DNA from: Bacteroidales bacterium
Lineage (GTDB): Bacteria; Bacteroidota; Bacteroidia; Bacteroidales; UBA1715
Length of the DNA: 64,000 nt
NCBI GenBank assembly: GCA_027858745.1
Contig: JAQICB010000102.1
Location: forward strand, 14,892-78,891
Direction: 5' to 3'
Both the position numbers and the translations under genes were made by a program. Numbering within the stretch: position 1 is the first letter of the stretch; every line of letters starts with the position of its first letter. The notes beneath the pieces were generated by a model that saw nothing but the letters and a program-made list of their open reading frames with translations, did no database searches and had not been told where the DNA came from. Below are positions 1-9,487 of the stretch, piece after piece.

Positions 1-101
1 TATGTGGTAAATGTATGTTGGTTTGTCCGCGTGGAATTAATACTCGTAACGTGATTATGCTTATTAAAAAAGGTTTAACAACTCTGGATTTATCTGATTG
101 A
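1..101 (+). CDS. C-terminal fragment of a 4Fe-4S ferredoxin-type iron-sulfur protein (continues upstream of the window)
   Basis: Frame 3 reads CGKCMLVCPRGINTRNVIMLIKKGLTTLDLSD then TGA at 99-101. CxxCxxxCP is a [4Fe-4S] ligand motif. It abuts the next Fe-S gene. Confidence 0.55.
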   Translation, partial: CGKCMLVCPRGINTRNVIMLIKKGLTTLDLSD

Positions 102-1906
102 AAATGATTGAAGAATATTTTGTACTTCCGTTTATTATTGGACTCTTTGTTTTACTGGTAACTCTTGCCATAAAATATGTCTCGTGGATTGTTCAATTAT
201 CTCATATTGATAAATTACGAGTTTTACAAGGTTTTTTTACCAGACGCACCCTTTCTGCTATCAAAAAAATATGGAAGGAGTGTTTGTTGCATACACGTAT
301 TTTTAAAACGAATCCTTTACTTGGATATATGCATATGAGTTTTGCGTTCGGCTGGTTTGTGCTCATACTTGTTGGGCATATTGAATCGTATATTCATGCC
401 GAATCTTTGTCTGTTCCTCCGTGGGAATCAATATTTTTCAGATATTTTCATCATGAGCATTTTGTTGGCGAGCGTTTTTTTGCTCACTTTATGGATTTTA
501 TTTTGTTATATATTTTAAGTGGTGTTTTTCTTGCGTATGCTAAACGCTTGTATAGTCGTGTTTTTGGTATTAAACGAAGCACAAAATTAAAACCCAAAGA
601 TAGAATTGCATTGCTTTCTTTATGGCTTATTTTTCCAGCACGCTTGTTTGCTGAAGGAGCTACTGCTTCATTGTACGGGAATGGTGGTTTTGTAACCGGA
701 ACGTTGGGTGGAGTATTCTCCTTTTTTGAAATAAACAGTTCTTTTGAATTAGCCATGTGGTGGATTTATTCATCAAGTTTGGGTGTATTTTTTATTACTT
801 TGCCATTTACTCGGTATATGCATATACCAACCGAAGTTCTGTTTATTCTGCTTCGCGAATATGGTATACAATTAAAAAAAGAATATAATTCGGTATCTAA
901 AATTCAAGTATATTCATGTTCTCGCTGTGGTATTTGTATTGATGCCTGCCAAATGCATCATGCTGAAATTTCGAATAATCAGTCGGTATATATTTTAAAG
1001 AATATGCGAGATGAAAATCTTACCGACCGAAAATTATATAATTGTTTACTGTGTGGGCGTTGCGAACAGGCGTGTCCGGTGGGAATTAATTTAAATGATT
1101 TACGTATTTCACAACGAATTCAGGCGAGCAAAGAGTTTAACTCAAGTTATGATTTTCTTACGTATAAAAATACACCGCAGACAGATGTTGCGTATTTTTC
1201 AGGCTGTATGACTCATCTTACTCCCGGTATTAAAGAATCGGTATGTGCTATATTGGAAATTGCGGGAATTAATTATTTGTTTCTCGATAAAGAAAAGGGA
1301 GCTTGTTGTGGTAGACCTCTTATGCAAGCAGGACAATATCAGGCAGCCAAAAAACTTATTGACTATAACAGGCAACAGATTCTCGATTCGGGAGCACACA
1401 CTTTGCTTGTTTCATGCCCAATTTGTTATAAGGTTTTTAAAGATGATTATGAATTAGGACAGATTAATATAAAACACCACTCTGAATATTTTTTGGAACT
1501 TATTAATGCAGGATATATTTCGCCTCGCAAGTCCGATAACATAATTGTATATCACGACCCCTGTGAGTTAGGAAGGGGAGCGAATATATATAATGAGCCC
1601 CGTGAGATTCTTAAAAAAATCGGTAAATTCAGAAAGGTGAGAATAGAAAAAAATCAGTCATTGTGTTGTAGTGGTTCTTTAGGGGATTTAAGTTTATCAA
1701 TGCCTGATAGAAATATAATAAAAGAACAGACACTTTCGGTATTGTTGAAACACAATCCGGATATTCTTGCTACAGCCTGTCCTTTGTGTAAAAAAACATT
1801 TGTTAAAGGAACATTTATTCAGGTTAAAGATATTGCCGAAATATTGGTAGACTCTATTAAGAAGAAAACGGCTCTTTTACCTGAAATGGAAAATGTTTGC
1901 GAATAA
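98..1906 (+). CDS. Membrane-anchored (Fe-S)-binding oxidoreductase: NarI/DsrM/HdrE-like membrane domain fused to an HdrD/DsrK-like domain with two [4Fe-4S] motifs and two CCG domains
   Basis: 602-aa ORF. Hydrophobic N-terminal ~250 aa with conserved His (LGYMHMSFAFGWFVLILVGH, TRYMHIPTE). Ferredoxin motifs CSRCGICIDAC and CLLCGRCEQACP. Cys-rich CCG-type modules (GACCGRP..SCPICY; SLCCSGS..CPLCKK). Start is TTG 98 or ATG 104. Confidence 0.8.
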   Translation: MKMIEEYFVLPFIIGLFVLLVTLAIKYVSWIVQLSHIDKLRVLQGFFTRRTLSAIKKIWKECLLHTRIFKTNPLLGYMHMSFAFGWFVLILVGHIESYIHAESLSVPPWESIFFRYFHHEHFVGERFFAHFMDFILLYILSGVFLAYAKRLYSRVFGIKRSTKLKPKDRIALLSLWLIFPARLFAEGATASLYGNGGFVTGTLGGVFSFFEINSSFELAMWWIYSSSLGVFFITLPFTRYMHIPTEVLFILLREYGIQLKKEYNSVSKIQVYSCSRCGICIDACQMHHAEISNNQSVYILKNMRDENLTDRKLYNCLLCGRCEQACPVGINLNDLRISQRIQASKEFNSSYDFLTYKNTPQTDVAYFSGCMTHLTPGIKESVCAILEIAGINYLFLDKEKGACCGRPLMQAGQYQAAKKLIDYNRQQILDSGAHTLLVSCPICYKVFKDDYELGQINIKHHSEYFLELINAGYISPRKSDNIIVYHDPCELGRGANIYNEPREILKKIGKFRKVRIEKNQSLCCSGSLGDLSLSMPDRNIIKEQTLSVLLKHNPDILATACPLCKKTFVKGTFIQVKDIAEILVDSIKKKTALLPEMENVCE

Positions 1907-1913
1907 ATAATAA

Positions 1914-1947
1914 ATAAAAAAAGAGCTTTATAAAGCTCTTTTTTTAT
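1914..1947. terminator. Bidirectional intrinsic terminator between convergent genes
   Basis: A-run, stem AAGAGCT / AGCTCTT (1921-1940), then T-run. Confidence 0.7.
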
Positions 1948-1965
1948 TTATTATTAATGTATATT

Positions 1966-3453
1966 TTATTCTTTATCTTCAATTCCCAATTCATGATGTA
2001 CAACATCTAAAATTGTTTCGGGAGGCAATCGTTTTGCAACAATTTTTTTGTTTTTGTCTAAAATGTAAGCAACAGGAGTACTGTAGATGTCATACAAAGT
2101 TCTGAAATTAGTATTTTGGTATGGGTCAAAAACATGAATACCCGATGAATTTAGATTTTTTTCTTTAATAAATTCTTTCCATTTATCCATATCTGTTTGA
2201 GTATAAATATAGAATGTTTCAACCCCTTTTTCGCGGAGATTATTTTCAGTATAGAGAGTGTGCCATTCAGGAATAAGTTTTTTACAATGACCACAATCAA
2301 TATCATAAAAATAAAGTATGGTAATTTCTGCTTCCACAGAATTCATTTTCACCCAGGTGTCTTTGTTTGAATATAATAGTAAGTCGGGTGCGGTAACACC
2401 AATTCTATTTTTCGACATTTTTTTGTATCTATCTTCAATTTGAGTTATATATGCTGTATCATTAATAAGACGTTCCGGGATTTTGTCTTTCAAATAGTAT
2501 TGCTCCATCAAATACACAAAAATATTATCAAATCCCATGTATTTCGGGTTTTGGTATTTCATAAATAAGTGGTGAAGAGTATTATAGTACATTTTCCCCT
2601 CGTATCCTTGTTTCTCTTGCATAATTATTCGGTCGAGTAATCGATTGACTTCAGGAATAATTGAGTCGGGGATTTGGATTAATTCTCGATCAAAATATTG
2701 GTCAATTTTCATTTCGTATACCGGTGTGCGTAACAATCGGTTGTCACTTAAATCTACTTTGTCAAAATAATGCTTACGTAAATAATTGTATTTAAATAAT
2801 GAGTCTGTTATGTTTCCTTCTTCATCGCGAGGATAATCGGGAATTTCCAACTCACTCATTGTATTGAGCACCGAAGCAAGAAGAGATTGCGGGTGTTTTT
2901 TTATTATGTTTTGCTCATAGGCTATTCGTTTTTGATTGATGTTCTCAATTTCTTCTCGCAATATGCTTATAGAATCACGACGAGTAGTGAGTTGTTTTTT
3001 AGAAAAATCAGTAGTGTCAACACTATAATAATGGCGTAATTTTTCTATTAAAGGTTTCCGTGTTTTATTGAGTTCTGCATTTTTTTCTTGATATGCATGA
3101 AAGACATCATTCTCTTCGGAGCCTTCAATTTTAATGTTACTAAATAAATCGGTAGTATCGGTTGTTACTTTAAATTCTTGATCTGAATCAATGATTATTT
3201 CGAAAAATTTCATTTCAGGTGTCAATACCAAATAGATACCCGGATTGAGTAAAGAATCTCCTTGCACTGTTCCGCGTCCCTTGCTATCTAAAAAGACGGT
3301 GTCTGCAATCATTTTTTTGCTCCCGTAATGATATCCGAGAATTAGGCTAGTGTCTTGCAAACCTTTAACTTGAATGTCAATTTTGTGTTTTTTTTGAGCA
3401 GAAAGATTAAAACTTATGATTAAGCTGAAGATAAGAATTATATATTTTTTCAT
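1966..3453 (-). CDS. Thioredoxin-fold thiol-disulfide oxidoreductase (TlpA/AhpC-TSA-like), secreted
   Basis: Signal peptide MKKYIILIFSLIISFNLSAQ. C-terminal thioredoxin fold with CGHC active site (YFYDIDCGHCKKLIPEW). The ORF extends to 3492, but the second Met gives the better signal peptide. Confidence 0.8.
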   Translation of the reverse strand: MKKYIILIFSLIISFNLSAQKKHKIDIQVKGLQDTSLILGYHYGSKKMIADTVFLDSKGRGTVQGDSLLNPGIYLVLTPEMKFFEIIIDSDQEFKVTTDTTDLFSNIKIEGSEENDVFHAYQEKNAELNKTRKPLIEKLRHYYSVDTTDFSKKQLTTRRDSISILREEIENINQKRIAYEQNIIKKHPQSLLASVLNTMSELEIPDYPRDEEGNITDSLFKYNYLRKHYFDKVDLSDNRLLRTPVYEMKIDQYFDRELIQIPDSIIPEVNRLLDRIIMQEKQGYEGKMYYNTLHHLFMKYQNPKYMGFDNIFVYLMEQYYLKDKIPERLINDTAYITQIEDRYKKMSKNRIGVTAPDLLLYSNKDTWVKMNSVEAEITILYFYDIDCGHCKKLIPEWHTLYTENNLREKGVETFYIYTQTDMDKWKEFIKEKNLNSSGIHVFDPYQNTNFRTLYDIYSTPVAYILDKNKKIVAKRLPPETILDVVHHELGIEDKE

Positions 3454-3523
3454 AGTATAAATATTTAATTGAATACTGTTAATTTTTTTCAATTATTGAG
3501 TAAACGATATACCTCGTTTATTA

Positions 3524-3988
3524 TTATCGTATTCGGTCAACAGAGCGAATAAGAGCTTCGTCTTTGCGTATGCCTCGTATTGCAAATATATCAAACAAAA
3601 ATGCCAACACAATGAATAATGATGCTTCTTTTGGTGTAAATATTAAATCAACTTCGGTCTCGGTCAAGATATACGAAAAGTATACCAACACTGCTATTAC
3701 TGCAAATTTCAAAATTATTGAGTAGCGAGTGAGTCGAATTTGCAATAGTCGTTTTGAATATAAGAATATGCTCGTGAGTGACAGTACGGCAATAATGATG
3801 ATGGTAACTCCCATAGTTAATATTGGAACCGGTCCGTCTAAGAGCCCCGAATTATTGTCATTGATTTCAAAAGCGTGAATGCTGATGGTTCCATCTATTG
3901 CTGTAAATTCTGCAAAAGGAAATAAAAGGGTAAGTCCGGTCAATAGAGCCGAAAGTAATAAAAAAAGAGATTGTTTTCGTTGTATCAT
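3524..3988 (-). CDS. DUF4293-family integral membrane protein
   Basis: 154 aa. N-terminus MIQRKQSLFLLLSALL is typical of the family. Four predicted TM helices. Confidence 0.7.
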   Translation of the reverse strand: MIQRKQSLFLLLSALLTGLTLLFPFAEFTAIDGTISIHAFEINDNNSGLLDGPVPILTMGVTIIIIAVLSLTSIFLYSKRLLQIRLTRYSIILKFAVIAVLVYFSYILTETEVDLIFTPKEASLFIVLAFLFDIFAIRGIRKDEALIRSVDRIR

Positions 3989-4002
3989 AGCTAAAAATTT
4001 TG

Positions 4003-4752
4003 TTAATCATTATTCATGAAGCCCTGTTTTTTGAGGGTTTCGAGAAGTTTTTTTGAAAATGTTTTGTTGTTTTTTGTATTGTACCGAACTTTTGTAAATA
4101 CCTGAGCTAAATTCTCAAGATTATTATCTCGTATATATCCTTGATATTCGGGAATAGCTTCTTTTTCCGCATATATATTTTCAATATCCTCGTTTGAGAA
4201 ATCGGTATATGTTTCTGAGTGAACTATTGCTTTGTGAGGCAATCGTTCGGTTTTTTTTGATTTTTCATCAGGGTAGCCCAATGCAATAGTGGTAACAGGT
4301 ACCACGTGTTTTGGTAAGTGTAAAATGTCAATAATTTCGTCTGCACAATAATTTGTAGTGCCAAAATAGCAAATTCCTAAACCTTGAGCTTCTGCTGCAA
4401 TACAGGCATTTTGAGCTGCAATTGTTGTATCGATAGTAGCAGTGTAAAAACTTAAAAAATTATCGTAACCCGGTTCTGCATTTCGCAATTCACACCATTT
4501 TGTAAATCTGTTTAAATCGGCACAAAATGTCATAACAATTGGGGCTTTTTCAATTGACGCTTGTCCGAAATGACCTCGTTTGCAGAGTTCTGTTTTGAGT
4601 GTTTGGTCGCGAGTAACAACAATAGAATAAATCTGCATATTCCCCGTGTTGGATCCTCTCGCTGCAGCTTCAATAATGTTTTCGAGCACTGGTTCTTCAA
4701 TTTTTTTCGAAGAAAATTTTCGTATAGAAGTATGTTCAAATAGAGTATTCAT
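4003..4752 (-). CDS. Nitroreductase-family NAD(P)H-dependent oxidoreductase (NfsA-like)
   Basis: MNTLFEHTSIRKFSSKKIEEPVLENIIEAAARGSNTGNMQ is a nitroreductase signature. A -7 box at 4774-4781 excludes the longer TTG start at 4776. Confidence 0.8.
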   Translation of the reverse strand: MNTLFEHTSIRKFSSKKIEEPVLENIIEAAARGSNTGNMQIYSIVVTRDQTLKTELCKRGHFGQASIEKAPIVMTFCADLNRFTKWCELRNAEPGYDNFLSFYTATIDTTIAAQNACIAAEAQGLGICYFGTTNYCADEIIDILHLPKHVVPVTTIALGYPDEKSKKTERLPHKAIVHSETYTDFSNEDIENIYAEKEAIPEYQGYIRDNNLENLAQVFTKVRYNTKNNKTFSKKLLETLKKQGFMNND

Positions 4753-4773
4753 AATATTTCTTTCTTTGTTATA

Positions 4774-4781
4774 CAAAAATA
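4774..4781 (-). promoter_or_regulatory. Bacteroidetes sigma-A -7 box (TATTTTTG) for the nitroreductase gene
   Basis: Exact TAnnTTTG match on the minus strand, 22 nt upstream of ATG 4752. Confidence 0.55.
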
Positions 4782-4907
4782 CATTTTATTTGCTGAAGAG
4801 AATGAGAATTATAAAAAAAATGAATAAAATATGGTGATGAAAAAAGGAAAAAATAAAATATTTCACAGAATAGCAAGTTTAACATTTGATTAATAAAAAA
4901 AATACTG

Positions 4908-4915
4908 TACTTTTG
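4908..4915 (+). promoter_or_regulatory. -7 box (TACTTTTG) for the small lipoprotein ORF
   Basis: Exact TAnnTTTG match 32 nt upstream of ATG 4947. Confidence 0.55.
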
Positions 4916-4946
4916 AATATCAATAAACTTTAAAAAAATAAAAAAC

Positions 4947-5078
4947 ATGAAAAAAATAGTAATTGTTTTTGCTGTCGCTGCAAGTTTAGCAGCAATCGTT
5001 AGTGCGTGTAAAGTTGCGGATCCTTGTCCTGCATATCCGGGCGAGACTAGTATTGAGCAAGTTGAATCGAATATTTAA
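4947..5078 (+). CDS. Small putative lipoprotein (43 aa), below the ORF-track size cutoff
   Basis: MKKIVIVFAVAASLAAIVSACKVADPCPAYPGETSIEQVESNI. Signal peptide plus lipobox-like VSAC. A-rich upstream region and a consensus -7 box. Confidence 0.5.
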   Translation: MKKIVIVFAVAASLAAIVSACKVADPCPAYPGETSIEQVESNI

Positions 5079-5817
5079 TAAGGATATTTTTTCTCACACA
5101 AAAATACGATGGCACCTCGGTGTTTCATTTTTATTCTGTGTATTTTCATTTCACGTACATGGTCAAGGAGATTTCCAAGATGATGTACGTGTTTTTTATG
5201 GTAATGAAATAACCGGGTCAATAGGTGCATATACCAATGGATTTAGTATTGGTGCTCGATATGCCAAAAGAAAATATGCTTTGGAAAAATATATTTTCGA
5301 ATTTCAAGCCGCAAGTATTCACCACCCTAAAGAAATTAAAATTCCTGCTGATGTCGGAAATCGTCTTGTCTACGGCAAAAGCAACAGCACGTTTACGTTT
5401 ATGTTTTCCTACGGAAAACAATTAGAGAAATACAGCAAATTAGATAAAGGGTCTGTTGCTGTACGGTATATTCCTTTTGGCGGGTTTGCTTTAGCTCTCG
5501 AAAAACCATATTATTATGTGGTTGATGTTGAGAATAATTTGTATGAACGTTTTGATGCTTCCACAACTACCAAGTTCGGTAAAGCTCCTTTTCATGTCGG
5601 ACTTGATGAGATTACCTTCGTTCCCGGTGTATTTTTGGGGGCAAGTATAAATTTTGAATTTAGTAATCAAAATATGTATATTCAAGCCTTAGAGTTTGGT
5701 GCTAATCTTCAAATATATGCTCGCCCACTCGAAATAATGCACGAGAATAAAAATCAAATGATTCTCCCTACTTTGTTTATTATTTATCGCTATGGCAAGG
5801 CACTTACCAAGAGGTAG
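5062..5817 (+). CDS. Hypothetical secreted protein, possibly an outer-membrane beta-barrel
   Basis: ORF open from GTG 5002 with no in-frame ATG near the 5' end. TTG 5062 gives MNRIFNKDIFSHTKIRWHLGVSFLFCVFSFHVHGQ, a plausible signal peptide. Alternating hydrophobic pattern and terminal aromatic-rich strand. The start is uncertain. Confidence 0.55.
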   Translation: MNRIFNKDIFSHTKIRWHLGVSFLFCVFSFHVHGQGDFQDDVRVFYGNEITGSIGAYTNGFSIGARYAKRKYALEKYIFEFQAASIHHPKEIKIPADVGNRLVYGKSNSTFTFMFSYGKQLEKYSKLDKGSVAVRYIPFGGFALALEKPYYYVVDVENNLYERFDASTTTKFGKAPFHVGLDEITFVPGVFLGASINFEFSNQNMYIQALEFGANLQIYARPLEIMHENKNQMILPTLFIIYRYGKALTKR

Positions 5818-5906
5818 AAGTTGAGGTGTGCTTTTTTTTTAATAAAAAAGTATATCTGAATTCTATTTTTTAGTACTTTTACATAAAATCATAAAATACC
5901 ATTATC

Positions 5907-7145
5907 ATGAAATTTTTTTCGACACTTGTAGTAAGTTTATATTTCAGTTTGTCATTGTGCGCCCAATCTTATCCGGAATGGGAAACGATGGAGGACAATT
6001 ATACCATTAGCATTGCTGATGATGCGGTTTTTAAAACAGGCATTTTAGCTGTTAATACCGATTTAGCAACAATTAATAGTAGTTCAAGTGATAGTATCAG
6101 TGCCCTTTTTTCTTCTTCTCAGAACAATGCAATAACAGTAACAAGTTCTAAAAAAGATACAATCTGCACCGATTATTTTAGTATAGATTTTTATGATTTT
6201 TTATATAATCAAGGGCAATATAACGGCTGGGAACTTAGCGGAACCATTATTGATTTGTCTTCGGGAAATCAAAAAGTAATTATTGAAGCTGAAACCAATA
6301 TACCGGTTGTGTTCGAAGTGCAATTAATTGATGTAAATGGTCATGTTACCAACAATGACTTTCAGATTTGTGACACCCTTTATCCCTCATCGGAAATAGA
6401 TACATTAGTGTTCGAAAATTTTTTGCTTGAAGATTGGTATTCTCAAGAATGGTGGGTTGTAAATAATGATAGGGGAGAACAATCATATTTTCCCGAAGAA
6501 GCTATTATTCCTGTGTATGACTCGAAAATAGTGTCGGTTCGTGTTTTTGTGAAACCTCTTTCACAAAGAACGCCATCGGCTCATGATATTTCTGTTACTC
6601 TTCATACGGTTCGCATTCTTGCCAACAATCCTATTGTTGAGTTACCCCCTCAGCCACATGTTTCTCCGTATTATGAAACGAGTGATACTTTATATATTAG
6701 TGATTTTTTCTTTGACGAAAACACTTCTATTGACGATATCACCTGGTCGTTTTATACGTCAGACCCTTCTGTAATTGTTGAATATAAGGCAGATGAAGAA
6801 ATTATTGTAATTTCAAATTTATCGAAACCAACTACAATTGATATTACGGCAACAAATGATTTCGACTTTTCATGTACCGAACAATATTATGTGTTTTATG
6901 TAAACAGCATTTCTACTATTGCACAGTCGGTTTTTGTATATAATGCGTATGAACAAAAACTTGTTTCAGATATTATTTCGTCAGGAATTTTATCTTGTTA
7001 TTCAATTACCGGTTCACGAATAGGAGCGTTTAATATAGAAAATGGTTCTGTTGATATTTCTCAAGTGCCAAATGGTGTGTTTATATACACCGTCGAATAT
7101 CAAGGAATAATGTATTCCGGAAAAATTTGTAAAAATCATCTATAG
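5907..7145 (+). CDS. Secreted protein with a T9SS type A C-terminal sorting domain
   Basis: Signal peptide MKFFSTLVVSLYFSLSLCAQ. The last ~70 aa (..VDISQVPNGVFIYTVEYQGIMYSGKICKN) fit the Por secretion tail pattern. Confidence 0.7.
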   Translation: MKFFSTLVVSLYFSLSLCAQSYPEWETMEDNYTISIADDAVFKTGILAVNTDLATINSSSSDSISALFSSSQNNAITVTSSKKDTICTDYFSIDFYDFLYNQGQYNGWELSGTIIDLSSGNQKVIIEAETNIPVVFEVQLIDVNGHVTNNDFQICDTLYPSSEIDTLVFENFLLEDWYSQEWWVVNNDRGEQSYFPEEAIIPVYDSKIVSVRVFVKPLSQRTPSAHDISVTLHTVRILANNPIVELPPQPHVSPYYETSDTLYISDFFFDENTSIDDITWSFYTSDPSVIVEYKADEEIIVISNLSKPTTIDITATNDFDFSCTEQYYVFYVNSISTIAQSVFVYNAYEQKLVSDIISSGILSCYSITGSRIGAFNIENGSVDISQVPNGVFIYTVEYQGIMYSGKICKNHL

Positions 7146-7238
7146 TTTTTTTTCGAAATCGAAGTGAGCATATTGTCTGAATCAACATGTGTATGTTTGG
7201 AAGATGTGCTTGATTTTTTTTAGTTATAATCATTTTTG

Positions 7239-7246
7239 TATCTTTG
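7239..7246 (+). promoter_or_regulatory. -7 box (TATCTTTG)
   Basis: Exact TAnnTTTG match 31 nt upstream of ATG 7277. Confidence 0.5.
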
Positions 7247-7276
7247 ATAATATAAAATAAAAATCAATATATAGAT

Positions 7277-7825
7277 ATGGAATCTTTTTTTTCTTTAATA
7301 CAATCACGAAGGAGTGCCCGAAAATTTAAGACTGATAAGGTTTCTTCTGAAATGCAAAAACAATTGTTACAAGCAGCTTTGTTGTCTCCCGCTTCGAAAC
7401 GGAGCAATCCATGGGAATTTATTGCAGTAGATGATTTAGAAATGCTTCGCAAATTGTCTGAGTCGAAACCGCACGGAGCGGCTTTTTTAGCGAAAGCTCC
7501 TTTTGCAATTGTGGTTGTTGCCGATCCGGAAAAAAGTGATGTCTGGGTTGAAGATACGTCAATTGCTTCTCTTTATATTCAGTTAGCAGCCGAAGATTTG
7601 GGATTGGGAAGTTGTTGGATACAAATACATAAGCGAGAACATGAATCGGGAATTATGGCTTCGGAGTATGTTAAAAAAATGCTAAACATTCCTTCTCAGT
7701 ATGAGGTTGAGTCTGTAATTGCAATTGGTCACAAAGAAGTTGAGCGTAATGGAGCTGAACTTTCTGATTTATTGTATGAACGTCTGCATACAGGAGAATT
7801 TGGGAAACCATATACTTTTAAATAA
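7277..7825 (+). CDS. Nitroreductase-family protein
   Basis: MESFFSLIQSRRSARKFKTDKV.. has the typical RRS.R.F signature. 182 aa. Confidence 0.8.
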   Translation: MESFFSLIQSRRSARKFKTDKVSSEMQKQLLQAALLSPASKRSNPWEFIAVDDLEMLRKLSESKPHGAAFLAKAPFAIVVVADPEKSDVWVEDTSIASLYIQLAAEDLGLGSCWIQIHKREHESGIMASEYVKKMLNIPSQYEVESVIAIGHKEVERNGAELSDLLYERLHTGEFGKPYTFK

Positions 7826-7841
7826 TCAATAAAATCTATAA

Positions 7842-8150
7842 ATGAATAAAATTACGTTTTATATCGTATTTCTCCTTTTTGCAGCAGCCTGTCAAGAAGA
7901 GCCGGATCATAGTCTTCGAATTGAAAATGAAAACAATTATGAAATTTTTGTTCGCTTAGATGATTCTATAGAATATACTATTGAGCCACTTGGACATACC
8001 GATTATCGTCCGATTGAAGAGGGGTATCATGAAATTGACGGAGAATATGCTGCAGGTTTTACCGCTGGTTTTACCATCGGTGGTAATGGTGTGCACAAAT
8101 GGTCTGTTATAGTCCAGCAAGATACCGTTATCCTTGTTCAAAAATTATAA
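7842..8150 (+). CDS. Small hypothetical lipoprotein
   Basis: MNKITFYIVFLLFAAACQEE has a signal peptide and lipobox Cys. 102 aa. Confidence 0.6.
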   Translation: MNKITFYIVFLLFAAACQEEPDHSLRIENENNYEIFVRLDDSIEYTIEPLGHTDYRPIEEGYHEIDGEYAAGFTAGFTIGGNGVHKWSVIVQQDTVILVQKL

Positions 8151-8181
8151 AAAAAACTCCGGCATTTACCTGAGTTTTTTT
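8151..8181. terminator. Bidirectional intrinsic terminator
   Basis: AAAAAACTC (8151-8159) pairs with GAGTTTTTT (8172-8180), between convergent genes. Confidence 0.6.
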
Positions 8182-8185
8182 ATGT

Positions 8186-9478
8186 TTATTCTACTTCAAT
8201 AATGTAATTGTTCTTTTTTCCTCGCTGAATAAGAATATAGGTGTTATTAAGTAAATATGAATCGTTTATTGCTATTTCGAATGATTCAATTTTTGATTTA
8301 TTAATACTTACACCTCCTCCTTGAATCATTTTACGAGCTTCGCCTTTGCTACTAAAAATGCTCGTTTCTAATGCAAGAAGATCGAGAATAGGGATTCCTT
8401 CTGCAAGATTTTGTCGTGATACTGAAAAACGCGGAACACCGTCGAACACTGCCAAAAATGTTTGTTTTGGCAAAGATGCTAATGATTCGGTTGTGCCTTT
8501 TCCAAAAAGAATTTGCGTAGCTTCTCGTGCTAAATTATATTCATCTTCGCCGTGAACCATACACGTAATCTCCTGTGCAAGGCGTTTTTGAAGTAGTCGA
8601 AGATGAGGTGCTTCTGCGTGTTCTGTAACAAGAGAATTGACTTCTTCCTGACCGAGCATGGTGAAAATCTTAATATATTTTGCTGCATCTTCATCAGATA
8701 CATTTACCCAAAACTGATAAAATGTGTATGGAGAAGTTCTTTCGGGGTCGAGCCACACATTTCCCGACTCGGTTTTCCCAAACTTACTGCCGTCAGCTTT
8801 TGTAATAAGCGGACAGGTTAACGCAAATGCTTCACCTGCTTCTTTTCGTCTCACAAGTTCGGTTCCGGTAGTTATATTTCCCCACTGGTCGGAACCACCC
8901 ATTTGCAGTTTGCAATTGTGATTTTTATACAAATATAAAAAATCGTATCCTTGTACTAATTGATAGGTAAATTCAGTAAACGATAAACCTTGTTTTGTGT
9001 TTTCTCCAAGTCGTTTTTTTACTGAATCTTTACTCATCATATAGTTTACCGTGATGTGTTTTCCAACATCTCTAATAAATTCGAGAAATGAAAAAGATTT
9101 CATCCAATCGTAGTTGTTAACTAGAATAGCTTTGTTCGGTTTATCAGATTCAAAATCAAGAAATTTTGCTAACTGTTTTTGCAAAGAATTTTGATTATGG
9201 CGGAGTGTTTGTTCATCAAGCAAATTGCGTTCTTGTGATTTGCCGCTTGGGTCACCTATCATTCCGGTAGCTCCGCCAATAAGAGCTATGGGTTTATGTC
9301 CCGCTTTCTGAAAATGTTTTAACATCATGACACCAACTAGGTGCCCAATGTGTAAAGAATCTGCTGTAGGGTCTATACCAACATATGCTGCGGTCAATTC
9401 TTTTTCAATCTGTTTTTCTGTTCCCGGCATAATATCGTGTATCATGCCTCTCCATTGTAATTCTTGAATGAAATTCAT
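8186..9478 (-). CDS. tyrS: Tyrosine--tRNA ligase
   Basis: HIGH motif (SLHIGHLVG), KMSKS-type motif (SKFGKTESG) and a C-terminal S4-like domain. 430 aa. Confidence 0.95.
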   Translation of the reverse strand: MNFIQELQWRGMIHDIMPGTEKQIEKELTAAYVGIDPTADSLHIGHLVGVMMLKHFQKAGHKPIALIGGATGMIGDPSGKSQERNLLDEQTLRHNQNSLQKQLAKFLDFESDKPNKAILVNNYDWMKSFSFLEFIRDVGKHITVNYMMSKDSVKKRLGENTKQGLSFTEFTYQLVQGYDFLYLYKNHNCKLQMGGSDQWGNITTGTELVRRKEAGEAFALTCPLITKADGSKFGKTESGNVWLDPERTSPYTFYQFWVNVSDEDAAKYIKIFTMLGQEEVNSLVTEHAEAPHLRLLQKRLAQEITCMVHGEDEYNLAREATQILFGKGTTESLASLPKQTFLAVFDGVPRFSVSRQNLAEGIPILDLLALETSIFSSKGEARKMIQGGGVSINKSKIESFEIAINDSYLLNNTYILIQRGKKNNYIIEVE

Positions 9479-9487
9479 AGTAAATTT

